Source: Paramecium tetraurelia
Taxonomy: Eukaryota
Assembly (NCBI GenBank): GCA_000165425.1
Contig: CT868074.1
Span: 62,001 to 126,000, forward strand
Direction: 5' to 3'
Length of the DNA: 64,000 nt
A model generated the notes under the pieces. That model worked only from the letters and a program-made list of their open reading frames with translations, was not told the origin of the DNA and ran no database searches. How positions within the stretch are numbered: the first letter of the stretch is position 1; the number at the start of each line of letters is the position of its first letter. This document shows positions 1 through 15,483 of the stretch, in pieces. The position numbers and the translations under genes are program-made.

Positions 1-3000
1 CTAATCCTCAAAGCCTCCTAAAATAGTTTTCCAGCACGCTCCTAATATTTAACAAAACACTAAGTTCAGGCATCTAAGAAAACTATAACAACACTTTTTG
101 CAACAAGATAATTTGTTATCATATTTATGTTCTACCTCCTAAACTTTCTCTGCATATTCAAAGTTAAGTTGTTTTCTTGATTTCTTTGGGAATTTAATAC
201 TGTTAGCCCTTTTAATCTGATTATTTTGAGAGTTTTATCCGTCATTAATTTGAAGTAACAACATGCTTTATTCATCCTACATTTCTTACTTAGTTTGTTT
301 TCTTCCATCAAAGTTTTCTTAACAAAAAGGGTATAATTTTGGGTCAAGTACATTATTGAGAAGCAATCTATTGGTTTCTTTTAAATTACTATAGAGTGAT
401 TTTATAGATTTAATTAAACCTGGATAAATATTACTTAATGTTAATTGCTTTAGTTATTAATATTTATCAACAGAGTTGTTTGGCAAGGCAGATTTGAGCA
501 AATTTGCAAAATCTAATTCACTTAAACTATAAGTTTAATTTAACCATATTTATTTAGCATGAGTTGTATATTCTATGATTCCAAAATTTAAGTCTGTTAA
601 TCTACAAAATTCCTTGAAATCATTATAACAAATTGAGGGAGGAAGTCCTTCTTCTTAATTACTAAACTCCATAAAAACCTCATGCATAAATTATGGAAAT
701 AAATTATTATCCTGTTGTAGTGATTAATAATAATCAGTTGATGTTATTTTACTTATTGCTTTATTTGATATATCTTTTCTTTCCAAATTTCTAAATTTTT
801 CTGTTTTTGAGGATACTAATTACTCAACATCAATATGTTATTTTTTTTAAGCTAAAATTTGAGCAGTTGGTTCTAATTCAAAGTTTAGGAGTAATCCTGT
901 CTTTTCATTATCATCCATCAACTTGTAGACGCTTGAAAATTCTGGAATTAATTATTCCATCATTTAGCCTTATTCTTCATCCATTTTATAGATGTCTCTT
1001 AGTAAAATAATTTCATTTTCCTTATCTTTTTCTAATTATTCTATTTCTTCTAATCCACATTTACATTGAATACATTCCCAAAACATCATTAAACATTAAT
1101 TTTGTTTTTTTTCTTTTTCTTCAATCTTTTTCTATTCTATTGCCTTTGTAAATTTGTCATAATTAAGTTTTGAAACTAACTATTTATTGCATTCCAAATC
1201 TTCTCCTAAATATTCTATAGGACCAACAGGTTTGAATTCTTCGATTAAATCTTTAACTAATATTTGTTTAATTTCTTATTTTTGATTGATTTCCTTATTA
1301 TTTTTATCTTGAAGCCCAGGTTTCTGTTATTTCTTGACTCTCCTTTCCACAACATTACCAATAATCAAATATCTCATATAGATTAAAGAACATACTGCCA
1401 TATCACTATAAACATGCTCTTTATAGAAATAAGCTATCAATCCTTCGACAACAAATCGTTTTTTCCTCTCAAATTCTTCTTTATTAAGTAAAATAGAGAA
1501 AAAGAGAGAAGTACCAGTCACACCAAAAATGCAGATAAATAAACCACTTGCAACTGCGATTTAGGCAAAGGTTTGAAAGTTCTCTGAAGTGTTAACAAAT
1601 TCAATTGATAGCATAGGCACAATGACGCCAAATGGAAAAATAACACAACACCATAACAATGAGCTTACAAAGGAAGAGAAAAAGTTTTCATATGCTTCTG
1701 ATTGATTCTTAATATATGTTAAGACTTTATATAGTAGGAATATTAATGGTAACCCAAAAGCCAAAGCCATAAAGAAGGTTGAGAATATTTCATTTGATAT
1801 TATTGCACCAAATGGTATAAAGACCACAATCGGACATATCAAACCAGTTAGCACAGTATAATTCTATATTTTGAGGGCTTTCATTTTTTTTTCATTTTCA
1901 ATTTATTCGATTTTTTCCATGTCTAGATTTGTAATTTCAAAATCATTTTTAATTTACAATGATCTGCCCGATAAGGCTAAATTTGTTAAGAAGAATAAAA
2001 TGGGATGCATTACTAATAAACTGAAAATAGTTCCAATTTCTACATCTGTTGGTTGATATTCTTTATCAAATTCTTAGGAGAACCAAAAGAATTCTCCTAA
2101 GAAAAATATTGATAAAAGAAAGAATGCTGCATTAATCCATAATCCATAAGGAGTTAAATTGTAATAGGCATATTCTCCGAAGTTGGGGAAGTCATCTTCG
2201 GAGATTTATTTGACTCTCCAGACAGCTGATATGGATAATTTGATAAAATAAGCAAAAATCACAATCAAGATGATGGCTCCTATTCCTACTAACACATAAC
2301 TAGTATATAATAAGGATCCATCATCAGATTCGTAATAAAGTGGAATCAGTACTCCTAAGGGAAAGGCCAAAAAGAAACATAAGAATCCTAATGAATACAT
2401 TTGTAATTTTCGCTTTTCAATACCAATCATGCTAATAGTCAGCCAAATAGTAAATAAAAATAATGGTCCATAATATATAGCATCTCCTATAGATAGAACC
2501 ATGTCCTAAGTAGTAGATTGTGAATCCAAATAAAAGTACAATTTCAAAAACGAAAATATGATTGGAGCTCCTAAAAATAATGGGATGTATAACAGTGTTT
2601 TTGATAAATCTCTGTTGGTGATTGAAATAAAAACACCTAAAAATAAATAAATGGGAACAATAGTAACTTCAAAAGCTAAGGTCATAATTTCACTATAGTT
2701 GGAATACTAGTTTTAAAGTATTGATGATAGTTTTAAAAATAGCCAAATCTCAACAATGAAATAAAATATTCCAATCATATATGATATTATTCTAACCTTG
2801 TTCCTTTATATCCAACTTAAAGTTTATTACTGCGTTGTTTGTGATCGAATGTATTGTTTTTCAAGCATGTTCTTTAGTCTATCAATTGCTGTCTATATTA
2901 CATCCTCTGGCCAATCAAACAATCTGGCCTTAATAATAAACCATGAAAAGACCAATATTAAAAGCAATGGAATATAAAGTGTAGAGAGAACATAAGTTAT

Positions 3001-3912
3001 CAAATCTGAAAATACTAGTTAAGATGTAACGATAACATATTCTAACACGTAGTATCCAACTAAGAACACACAGAATAGACACCAAAAGTTAACTACCATT
3101 GCTGCAAAGAACTCTTTCATAAAGCTTTTCAACCAAATATACAATTATGAAACTATTAATCCATTCAGCACAATTAACACAATGAATGCTAGTATAAAAA
3201 TCATAGAAAAATCGTAGTTGGCTGATGAATTCAAATTCAGTAACTAAATTCATTAATAAATCATACGTTTAGATAATTATTACTAAGGAACCAAATTGGC
3301 AGTAGCACCCCTAAAAATGTAATTATAAACACTATCCAAGTTTGCTTAATCATTATTATTCTACAACTTAAATATATTATTACACTAATGTATATATTGT
3401 AAATAATGCTCCTAATCCTGCTAGATTATACACAATACTCTATTTATTAGCATTTGCTTGTACCTCGGAGGAATTTTGTAAATCCTGAAATAGATTATAA
3501 AAATTACTAAAGTTTGGATTATGTACACCACATAGATAATCAAATAGAAAAACCAAATTAACACATGATAGTGGGTTATCTCAAAACCTCCATCAAAAAA
3601 TCTGCATTTAGCAGAAAACCACTACTCTAGCTAATTATTAATGGTTATTATTTTATTGATCCAAATAAATTTAGGATTGCTTTCTCTTTCCTCTACAAGC
3701 TAGAATAAATCTTATATATAAGGATGATCAGGTCCTACATATGAATATTCCTTCCCCCCTATTGTAAATTTTTTTGTTATTTTTGGTATTGGCTAAAAAG
3801 TGCTTGAATATATTATCGAAATGTACTTTGATCTAGCTAAGGAAGGTTTTGAAGAAATGTCATCTCGTAAATTTTAATCCTCATTTTATTATATAGGATT
3901 GGGTGATTACAT
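1..3912 (-). CDS. Large multi-pass membrane protein, 3'-partial (runs off the window start)
   Basis: Long code-6 frame with many hydrophobic segments (e.g. YYGPLFLFTIWLTISMIG, LICPIVVFIPFGAII) and a charged C-terminal part. Start taken at MQSPNPIQQ (3912) but may lie further upstream. Confidence 0.7.
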
Positions 3913-4255
3913 TAATAGTAAAAAATGGGAGTAATTAATATTAATAAATAATCACAATCTTTTATTATAAATCACAGAGCTAATTCCTAATAGTATATAT
4001 CACCTAGATTGAGTTCTTTTAATCAAATCTTTGATCTCTCTTCTCTCTTAAATTGTACTCCTAAAAGTAGATTTATATTTCTTACTATTAATAATACAGA
4101 TTTTATCTTGTAAACTAATAGGAAGTGTTCCTAAAACATGTTTACACTAAACATGGCAGTGAAGATTGCGAATTAACGGCATACTGTAAAGAGTTTGGTT
4201 ATAGATTTTGGCATTCTATAATATTTAATATTATTTGGATTAAAATAATTCATCA

Positions 4256-7200
4256 TCACATTTCATGATCTGATTCAGAACTCTAGCTTAAGTTTAACAC
4301 ATTTTCATAAGGAACAAGTTTCTTATATATTTTATCCATATCATAGGAGTTACCCAATATTTTCGTATAAGAGTCAGGTCCTTCACTTTCAACTATTTTC
4401 TGTTTTCTTATTTTTAAGGCATTTAGCAACTTCATATTATTTAATTATACTTATTGATCATCTTTACTAGCAAATTTAGTATACAAGGAGTCATAAGAAG
4501 AGTGGCATTTAACTTTGAAATCTCTTAGTTTTCTTAGATAATCTGCCTGAACTTAGATGTTATTCTCTTGTTATTGGACATTTTCTGATGATATTAATAA
4601 TAAGATTACAATTTTCAGTGACTTCAATATTAGATAAACTCTAAGATTTATTCATTTAATAGGCATTTTAAAATGTTAATAATTCTTCTTCTAATTTAAT
4701 TTTCTTTTGTCTTGCAGCTTCTAAATTCTATTGTTACTCTGATAACTATATTTCTAATTCACTTTTTTTTTCAATATTTGCCATGAAATCAAGGAAATTA
4801 GTCGAATGACTATAATTTTATTCTTTGATATCAAATATGCCTTTAATTTAAGCATACTTTTTCTCAAATAGTTCAAGTTTCTCATGAATAGTCTTAGTAT
4901 TTTTCTCTTGCTACTATTTTAATTTCTTATTTTGTTAGAGATCGTTTTGTTTAGCCTAGTTTCTTCTTAAGTTTTGAACTGACTCTAAAGCTGAATCCTA
5001 AATGTAAGCATCGGCTAATGGATAAATAGAGTGTGAATACCTGCTTAGAAAAGATGATCTAGGTTAGTTTTCTCTAATAAGGAATTTCTGATTTAGTTGA
5101 TTAAATTTCCTTGATGCTTCTTCTTCTGATTATAGGTGATCAAAAAGTCATCTATTGTTCTATATAGTATTTTGATCTGTTATTTATTTTTTTGGATTTC
5201 TACTTCTTCAAATCTAATAAGTTTCTTAAAATTATTAATCAACTATTACAAATGCTTAAATAATATTAAAATATAATTACTCTAATATATTCTTCATTCT
5301 ATTGTTTATTATCCTTACATATTTTTAAGATAGTTATAACTCTTACTTTTTAAACACTGCTTGTTTTATAAGATTATTCAGCCTCTTATAATTATTTTTC
5401 GAGTTCAATCTTTGTTTCCTTCAATTCCTCTAGATTAGATAACTCCTTCTTTATGTAGCCCTTATTAAAATCAATGATTTTTTATTATTTAAGTATCTTT
5501 GCCAATTTTAAATTCTCGTAAGTCAAAGTATCTAACTTCTTTCTCATTTGCTTTGCCTATTATTCCAACAAATGCAACTATTTTTGAGAGTGTTTTTGGA
5601 TGTCTGTCTTAAGGATTGGGAATATTTCAGTCTATTAATATGCATTCAAAGATAATGAGGATGATTAAAATGACTTTAATCTACCTTTTTGAGATTTAAA
5701 TTTATCCAACAATTTTACAGTATTCTATCCATCATTTGGTCTAGTTTCTATTGTTATTTTGATCCCCTTGGATTCTTAATTGAGAGTATCTAAATCTGTG
5801 AAATCCTATGTGATAAACATTGTTCGTTCATATTTTTCTTAGGACATATTTAGAGACGAAGCATTGATACTATCGATTCTTGGGAGAATAGCTTTGCTTC
5901 TATCATATCTACTGGCTTAAGAATTGTCAAAGGTGTATTCTAGTTTGACTGGCTAAGGCTGATTCAAAACACTGGCTTAAGGAATCAAGATGATTGATTG
6001 TTGTTGTTCTTCTGGCTCAGTATCATACATCAATTTTTTCTTTAGCTTAGCTTCAATAGCAATTTTTAAAGCAGCTAAATGTTATTAAATTTATTTTACA
6101 GTTTGTATAAGCATGTTCTTCTTCAACACTCATATAATCAGTGGCAGAAGAGAAACAGTGCTTGATAGTTTTAGAATAATCACATTTTTTACTAATACTC
6201 AAACATGCCCAAGGGAATTAGATCCAAATCCATCTCTTATAATAATAGTCCGATGACACTCTATCTCCAGTGATCTCTTCCTCACCAGACAACAGTTCTC
6301 TTTTATCTGTTAACAACTTTTACAGTATCTTTTACATTAAATATTTGTATTCATCAATGTCTAAAGTCTAAATCGTTTCCTATTCATCAGGTTCTGTCTC
6401 ACTTGATTTTATCATTTATTTTAAATAGTGATTTCTGACTTCATATCTATTTTATTGTATTTCTACATTTTGAGACTCCATCTTAGTAAGAGCAGGTGTT
6501 TTAATTGCCTTAGCCACTCTTTTTAAATGTTTTGCAGGATCAAATTATTTTAATTCTGGATCTTTGTTGAAATACAAATCTAATTTCAAGATTTCTTAGA
6601 GCAATCCTATATCGAATAAATCTTATAAGACTCCAATAATGGGAGGGTGTCTAAAGACAGGAGTATTTTTGGTTTCAAAGTCTCCAAATTCTTTGAGAAA
6701 TCTCGAGACTTAAATAATGATTCTAAAGAGATCCTCTGCACTTGGATGATAATGTATTTGGAAACCTTCTACTGCCTTATTATATTCTAATACAGGATCA
6801 AACCCATTTTCTTCTAATTTTTGCCAATATCTACAGAGATCGTATTTATTATTAGGGTTGAATAATAATAAGAAGTTCTCAATAATGCTGATGACTTCTT
6901 TTAATCTGAAATAGTTTTTGGCTGAAAATAAGTGGAATGTTTCTTCTTCTAATTTCCTAATTGAATTATTAGTGTATTTATTAATTGTTTCTGCAATTTT
7001 GTCATGTAATTATAATGTTTTTTCATTGTGATAACAATTAATAACACATTTTTTGAATATTTCATTATGAATAATCCATAATTCTCGATGTTTCATTAGG
7101 AATATCTTAAAGAAAAGTAAGAATAATTTCCATTGTTTATCTTCAAATTCACAAACTGATTAGATTTCTTTAAAAGTCAATCCTTTTTATGTAATCGCAA

Positions 7201-8408
7201 GAACAGTGATAAGTTGAATGAATTTTGGATCTTATTTCAATTCTGGGGTTTTGGGAGTAAAAATAAAGCTCTCACTAAAGAATTTTAATTGGAATGTGAA
7301 TAATTCTTCAACAGTTCTGAAATGCTTGATTTGCTGTAAATTTAATTCTTTTAAAATGTTTTCAACAACATCAATATCAATATCCTTCAATTCTACTAGG
7401 CCATCTGTTGGATAAGGTAAAAATACTGTCATGAAGCTCCTTACGAAGAGTGGTTAATTCCTGACTTTGTAATGCAATTGGATGAATAACTCTTGGATTG
7501 TTTGCACTCTTTAATCCGACTAAGGGAATAGATTAAAAGAATACAAGAAATGATTGCTTAGCAAAATGGCCATTGACCATGATTTTGATTACTTTGGGAT
7601 CACAAGTTATGGGAATCACATGACAGGAAGGTTTGAGTATTCTCATAGAATTAGAATTTTTTTCAGCAGTTACAATAACTTTAATGTTTTTTGGGAAGTA
7701 TTTAGGCAACCAAAAGGAGACGTTGGCTTCTCTATGAACATCTAACATGTCTCTGAAGTTATCTATTCCTTCGAATATCAAGATGACCTAGGTGGATCTA
7801 GATGTTTAATAATACTTTATCATAAATGACTTTGGCTCCATTTAAGAATTGCTATTCCAATTCTCGACTGCATATTTCCAACCAATAATGGAAGTATCTA
7901 CGGAGCTTCTCCTCCACTAATTCGACTTTCTATTTGATGTTGAGGGTCTCTCTTAATTTAATTAATATTCGGTAGATCGCAAAAAAGTAATTGCTATTCT
8001 TGCCTGATTGGGTAGCGAAATGAGGAATGATGTAATCTTAATAACGCTATGATTAATTGTACTGTTACTCCTTTTTTGTTTTTGGCATGATATTCCATCC
8101 ATTTGACTAACAGAGTTTTCTTGCCAATTCCATCATCTGCTTCCAATACCAAGGGAGTGTTTTAATGCAATGATTTCTCTTCATCGAGCCAATCCTCGAT
8201 CTCCAAAAAGTAACGATCCAAACCAGAAGCAGTTCTAAAATCAATTGTATAAGTTACTAATTTTTGTAATATTCGACGACTACATCGGATGAACTTGAAT
8301 ATGATTGAATATGTACTCTATGTAATTCATGTTCTCATGTCTCATCGATTCTATGGTTGTTTTCTTATCCTTTGGAGAAGTGGGTCGATTTGAATAAGCG
8401 TCGTCCAT
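4256..8408 (-). CDS. NACHT/STAND-like P-loop protein with helical repeats and a C-terminal coiled coil (NPHP3/TTC41/TEP1-type)
   Basis: MDDAYSNRP start; PLVLEADDGIGKKTLLVKW (Walker A-like); IFEGIDNF (Walker B-like); FWLPKYFPKNIKVIVT; several short introns; ends SESDHEM-TGA (3' end ambiguous). Confidence 0.65.
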
Positions 8409-8423
8409 TTTATATTTAAATTA

Positions 8424-9873
8424 ATGATTGACGAAAGTTTTCTTCTAAATGAAAATGAAGAATTTGGAGAATAACTCCTCGAAGATTTCACAATCCTCCA
8501 AAAATTGGGAACAGGGGCCTTCAGCAAAGTCTACAAGGTCTTGTACCAGGATCAAATCTATGCCCTGAAGGTATAGTTCAAAATTGTAATAGGTTGTTGA
8601 TAAATAATTGGCTACTGGAAATAATATTGTAGAAAAGCTCAATCAAGAAGCCTACATTCTCAACACTCTGGAGCATCCAAACATCGTTTAATATTACAAG
8701 ACAATCGAATCAAAGCGGAAACTTTATTTTCTCATTGAATACATTGAAGGGAAGTCCCTCCAGGAATATATTGATAAATCATTGAACGAATCTCAAATAC
8801 GATAAATTTTATAATAAATCATATATGCAGTCGCATATATTCATAAAAAAGGTATAATTCATCGAGATCTAAAACCTGGTATGAACATCATTATAAATAG
8901 ATAACATCTTGGTTGACAAAGAGTGGAACGTGAAAATCATTGATTTTGGCTTGAGTTTCTAAACAATAAATTCTACTACTCACGAAACATGTGGCACTTT
9001 AATTTATATGGCCCCAGAGGCTTTGATGAAGAAGGAATACTTCAAATCAGTGGATATTTGGAGTCTTGGAATTATACAGTATATGATGTTTGCCATTTGT
9101 CATCCCTTCTGGACCGATGATACACGAGAGACATTCTTAAGGAAAATGAAAACTCCCTAGTAGGTGTGTTATCCTTAAAATATGAGCAAGTTCAAAATTA
9201 GCATAATCATAGAATAGAGCGGCCATATCATTTTTTGAAAAAACTGCTGCCTGGGAACCTGAAGCTAGACTTACAGCCGAGTAAGCCCTAATTCATCCAT
9301 GGATTAGTGGTGTGAATAGTCAAATGCCAATGTCATCGAAAGATATTATCCAAACATTTAAATGCTAGAATTAATTCCATCAAGTACTCTTTTGTTTGAG
9401 TATCATTTAAGTTGATAAAATTGTTGATGATACTTAGATTAATATAGAAAGTGAGTTAAAAACGTGATGTGATACAAACACAATAGTTAAGAGCGCACTC
9501 CTAGTTTCAAAATAATTTACATCCTCTGATTGTCAGTTCAAGAAATCCCAGTTCCTAATAAAAATTGAAGACAGAATCTTAATAACAACAACCACCATTG
9601 TCTGCGCACAGAACTACGCTATCAAGAATGCAGAACAATTCTTCTTTTCTTAGTTTTTAAGATGTATTCTTATCTTACAAGTAGTAACCAAGAGAAGATG
9701 TGCGATTGAAATAGATGAAGAACAAATAGCAGTAATTTAAATTACCTCCCATAAATACCAAGTCTGCTAACAATTCACCCTAGAATAGTAAATCTACTTA
9801 AATGTTTACTTTCAGTCCTTATAAGAAGGCACAACCCATTGGAGAACTTAAGAAGTCATAATTTAAATTATGA
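8424..9873 (+). CDS. Ser/Thr protein kinase, CAMK-like
   Basis: LGTGAFSKV, YALK, HRDLKP, DFG, CGTLIYMAPE, DIWSLG motifs; intron 8571-8592. Confidence 0.9.
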
Positions 9874-9888
9874 AATATAATATTTTAT

Positions 9889-11134
9889 ATGTCTTTTTTA
9901 AAGAAATTATTCTCAAAGCCAACGAAGGAAAAAGAAATGCCATAGGTGCAACGTAATATCAATCAAATTTATAACACGTAACCATTCCAAAGGAAATCAA
10001 ATCCAGTCTATAATTACAACTGTATTTCCAGGATCGAATAATTCGAAATCATTCTTGAGCAATATATCATAGACCTTGAACAACTAAAACAATTGACTTG
10101 GAGAGGTGCTCCTTAAGGTAATTTATAATGTAACCTAAGTTTACAGAGCAAAAGTGTGGAAACTCATACTGAAATACATTCCACCCAATCATATGAGTCA
10201 AACCAGTGTAATTCAAAAGAAAAGACAAGACTACTTTCAATACATAAAAAACTACTACGAACAAATCCATGAGAGAGACGATAGCGAAGAAAAAATAATT
10301 AAAATTATATCTAATGATGTATTAAGAACCCAGCCTGATTATCAATTGTTCAGAGACCCCAAGATCTAGAACCTATTCAAAAGATTACTATTCATTTGGA
10401 GTCAAAGACATCCAATGAGCGGGTACTCTCTATCTTAAAGTAGTTACGTATAAGGAATTAATGATATTGCATCTCCATTGATAGCCGTGTTTCTGAATGA
10501 GTATGTCAGGGTGGATTTCAATAAATTTGATTTGCCCTCTGATTTTCATAAACTTCCAGATGATATCCTCCTAGACATTGAAGCTGACATTTATTGGTGT
10601 CTCTGCAAAATCATCGAGAATATTCAAGACTATTTCATACAAAACCAACCTGGTGTGTCATTGGCGTATGAAAAAATCAAAAATATTCTGAGCACTGTAA
10701 ATCACATGAGTTATTTAGATCGATCCAACAATTTTGTCTTATTTTCAATAACAATAGATAGACTTCAATCATTTTGCCTTCAGATGGGTGATCTGTCTGC
10801 TTGTTCGAGAATTCCCTCTCTACTTGGCTATCAGGTTGATGGACACCTACCTTTCTGAAGGGGACAACATGGCCAATCTCCACATATACACGGTTTCCAA
10901 TTTGATCCTCAAATGTGGACCTGAGGTAGCCTATTCATAACAACATAGATCAAAAATAAAAACATGGGCGAGGCTGTCATCTTTTTATAGAACCTTCCTA
11001 CTAAAGATTGGACAGAATTGGACATTGAAATGCTACTACAAGAAGCCTATGTCTTTAAAGAGTACATGACCAACAAACAAAATTTGAATTAATCCATGAC
11101 TCCCACTTAAACAAATCGAATTTCCAATAAATGA
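9889..11134 (+). CDS. TBC-domain Rab GTPase-activating protein (TBC1D22/Gyp1-like)
   Basis: IISNDVLRTQP (IxxDxxR), YVQGINDI (YxQ), DIEADIYWCL, FAFRWVICLLVREF, RLMDTYLSE. Confidence 0.88.
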
Positions 11135-11178
11135 AGATAAATTCTCTTTATTAATTTTAATTAACGAAAATTATATCT

Positions 11179-11553
11179 ATGCAACCATTGTATTGCCAAT
11201 CTCCCAAATAACCCATCAAGAAAGACTCTTGTTTGCACCAATTCTAAAAATTACTCTCCGAATCCCTCAATCGCAAATAAGCTATATAAAATAAAGAAAA
11301 TACCAGAAGTAGTTTTCAAATGAGAAGCTACAGCAAATTGTAGTCGCCTCCCCATCGTTCTATCCCAATTAACAATTAACTCAACCAAGACCTCAAAAAA
11401 ACACTCAACAGAGTCAAATCTATGCTCGATAAGGCCTACCAAGAAAACTTAGCATTGAAAACCGAAAATAAGGAATTACTACAATTGCTGCAAGAGAAAA
11501 ACCTATTGATTGAAAAATTACAATAGAAAAAATCAATAAGCCAACATTCTTGA
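11179..11553 (+). CDS. Small hypothetical coiled-coil protein (124 aa)
   Basis: Intronless 375-nt code-6 ORF, MQPLYCQSPK...ENLALKTENKELLQLLQEKNLLIEKL. Confidence 0.7.
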
Positions 11554-11594
11554 ATTATGCAATCACATTTGTACTATATATATAAATATATATA

Positions 11595-12663
11595 ATGAAT
11601 AAATCAAATACTAAATCGCCTCCTCCCGGGATTTAATAGTAGAGCTTATCAGCAGAACCTAAGGAAACCAAGAAACTTAGAACAACTTTAGATTACTCAT
11701 TTAAGGAAATCAAGAAACTTGAAGGTATACACATATATTGTAACTATCCAAGAATTAAAAAATAAAGAAGTTAAACCCAGAGAAGGTGAACAATGGATAT
11801 TTAAGGAATAGAAGAAGTAGGAAAACCAAGAAGTAAAGAATGATACTCCAAAAGAATAAGTGCTCAAGTAGTAATAATCTTTGCCTGAAGAAACAGAGCC
11901 AGTTTAACCACAACAACAATAACCCTAAAAATAATAAGACAATAAGAAAGGCAATGCTCCATAGCCACCTCCTCCTTAATTGATTCCATAAACCAATGTA
12001 GCGACACAATTAATCACATTATAAAATATACCACTCAATGGAAAAATAGTTGGTGGCAAATTACAAGAAAATAAAAATCAAAGCCAGCAATCTAAGTTCA
12101 AACCAGAATTATGTTGTTAATCGTTAATCTTATGTCAAAATAAATTAACTAGTCTCAGTGGGTTTTATCAGATCATGCAAACTGTTATGCCTAATGTTGA
12201 ATTACTTCGATGGATTGATCTATCATATAATCAATTGACCACTCTGGATTATAATTTTAAAGAACTACCGCATTTGTAATCATTATATCTGAACTTCAAT
12301 TAGATAAAGGAAATCAATGAATTGAAATAAGTATTTACACACTCTTATTCACATAGTTGTCACACTTACAAGAACTAAGATCTCTAAAAATCTATGGAAA
12401 TCCAATTGAATAGATCATCAATTTCAGATTATACATAATTGATGTGCTTCCATAATTGAAAAGGATAGATTCTGTCCTAATCAGTAAAAAAGTATGTACT
12501 ATTTGTATTCCCATTCTAGGAACGAGACAATTCCTCTATGATTGTAAAGGTGTTTGATTTTAAACCTCAAATGAAAGCCTAGGCGGATAAAGAGAAATTG
12601 CTGTTATAATAAACCTAAATTACATAATAAAAGTCAAAGTCTTAACCAAAAAAGAAAAAGTGA
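11595..12663 (+). CDS. Leucine-rich repeat protein (LRRC51-like) with a Gln/Glu/Lys-rich N-terminal region
   Basis: LRWIDLSYNQLTTL, LQSLYLNFNQIKEI, LKIYGNPI, FRLYIIDVLPQLKRID (LRR cap). Confidence 0.82.
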
Positions 12664-12715
12664 TAATTTAATATATTCTAATATATTGATATCTATATAA
12701 AAGGGAAATTAGTAA

Positions 12716-14159
12716 TCAATAATTTTATTTAAGATTTTTTCTTTTTAATTGCTGTTCCATCTTAAAATTATCCTGCTTAACAACTTTAATCTAGACATAC
12801 ATGAATAATATCTTACTCTTGCTTTAATATCTTATAGGTCTTAGTCAGTGTATTCGGAATCATTGATAACTTATTGCAATCTCTCGTTTTCTTCAACCAA
12901 TAGTTGAATCTTTTCATTTAAATCAGCATATATATTCTCAGTCATCTTCTGTTCATAAACCTATTCAACTTATTTATATGTTAATTTTAAATGTTCTTCA
13001 TCCCTTTTTAATTATTATTATTGCTTGTTCAGATTGTCAATTTCATTCTTCAACCTTGAGATATCAGAAATCATTTGTAAATTAGAATTTGACGATAATT
13101 ATTGATTCAATCTATCATTTTCAGCAATTAGATTTTAAACCTTATTTTCCAATTCATTAACTAAATCCTTAATTTAAGAATCATCACATTGATCTAATTT
13201 ATTTTGTAATTCATCACATTTCATTTGGTATTACTATTATTCAGATTTGATACTCTAAAGTTATTATGATGTTTGTTTACGAATTTACTAAGATTTTTCT
13301 AAATTCTCTTTCATTCTTGCAACATCAGTTTACTCAATAAGAGACTAATTTTCAAATTGCAATTTGTCATTTAACTATTTTAATAAATTAATTTTTTATT
13401 CTAATTCCTAAATAAACTATGAAGATTGTCCTCTCTGTACTTCGCTTTCCATCTATTGAATATTTTGTTACAATAAGTTATTTGAGTCTTGCAATTGTTT
13501 AAACTCATTTAATAAATTGGGATTGTTGTAATTGATTGGTTTGAGTTGGGATTATGATCCCTTATTATTATTATAATAAATGGGAGTATTAATTAAATTA
13601 TAAGGTTGAGGGGATTATATGATTGTTGGTTATTGTGTTTACTTGGGAGATTAAAAAATGATGGAGTTATCGCGATTTTGAGCTGGACTCATGCAAACAA
13701 ATTGTTTAGTCGGATTAACGAATTAAGATAATTGAGTTTCATTAATTGAATCGTTTTTTTTATCGTTTTTACCTCCAACCTTGAATTAGATTGAGTAATC
13801 GTGTGATTGGTTGGGATTCAAATTAGATTTTGAATTGCTGTATTATAGAGACTACGAAATAAAATAAGTAAATTACAGGAGGTTTTTCTTGATGACTCGA
13901 ATTAGATGCTCTTTTCAGATATTAATTGTAATATGGATTGGTTGAGATGGAAGTGGTTTTATTGATAGTATCGATGTCCGTGCTTGCTTTGTGATGAAAT
14001 TTATTAGGTGGCATTTATGCATTTTAGGTATTTTCAATGCTCTAAAAAGGCGATCTTGATTGATATTGATTGTATTTTAGCGATTATTATTGTGGTTCTA
14101 ATATGTTAAGGATTAAATTTACATGAGGGATTTCTTCTTCCAACTTAATATTGTTACAT
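12716..14159 (-). CDS. Hypothetical Gln-rich coiled-coil protein
   Basis: Long code-6 frame with short introns; low-complexity N-terminal half and heptad-rich C-terminal half. Confidence 0.7.
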
Positions 14160-14191
14160 GCTAACAGCCAAAATTTTAATTATTATTATTT

Positions 14192-15464
<1,273 letters not shown>

Positions 15465-15483
15465 TAGAGTATATAACATCAAT

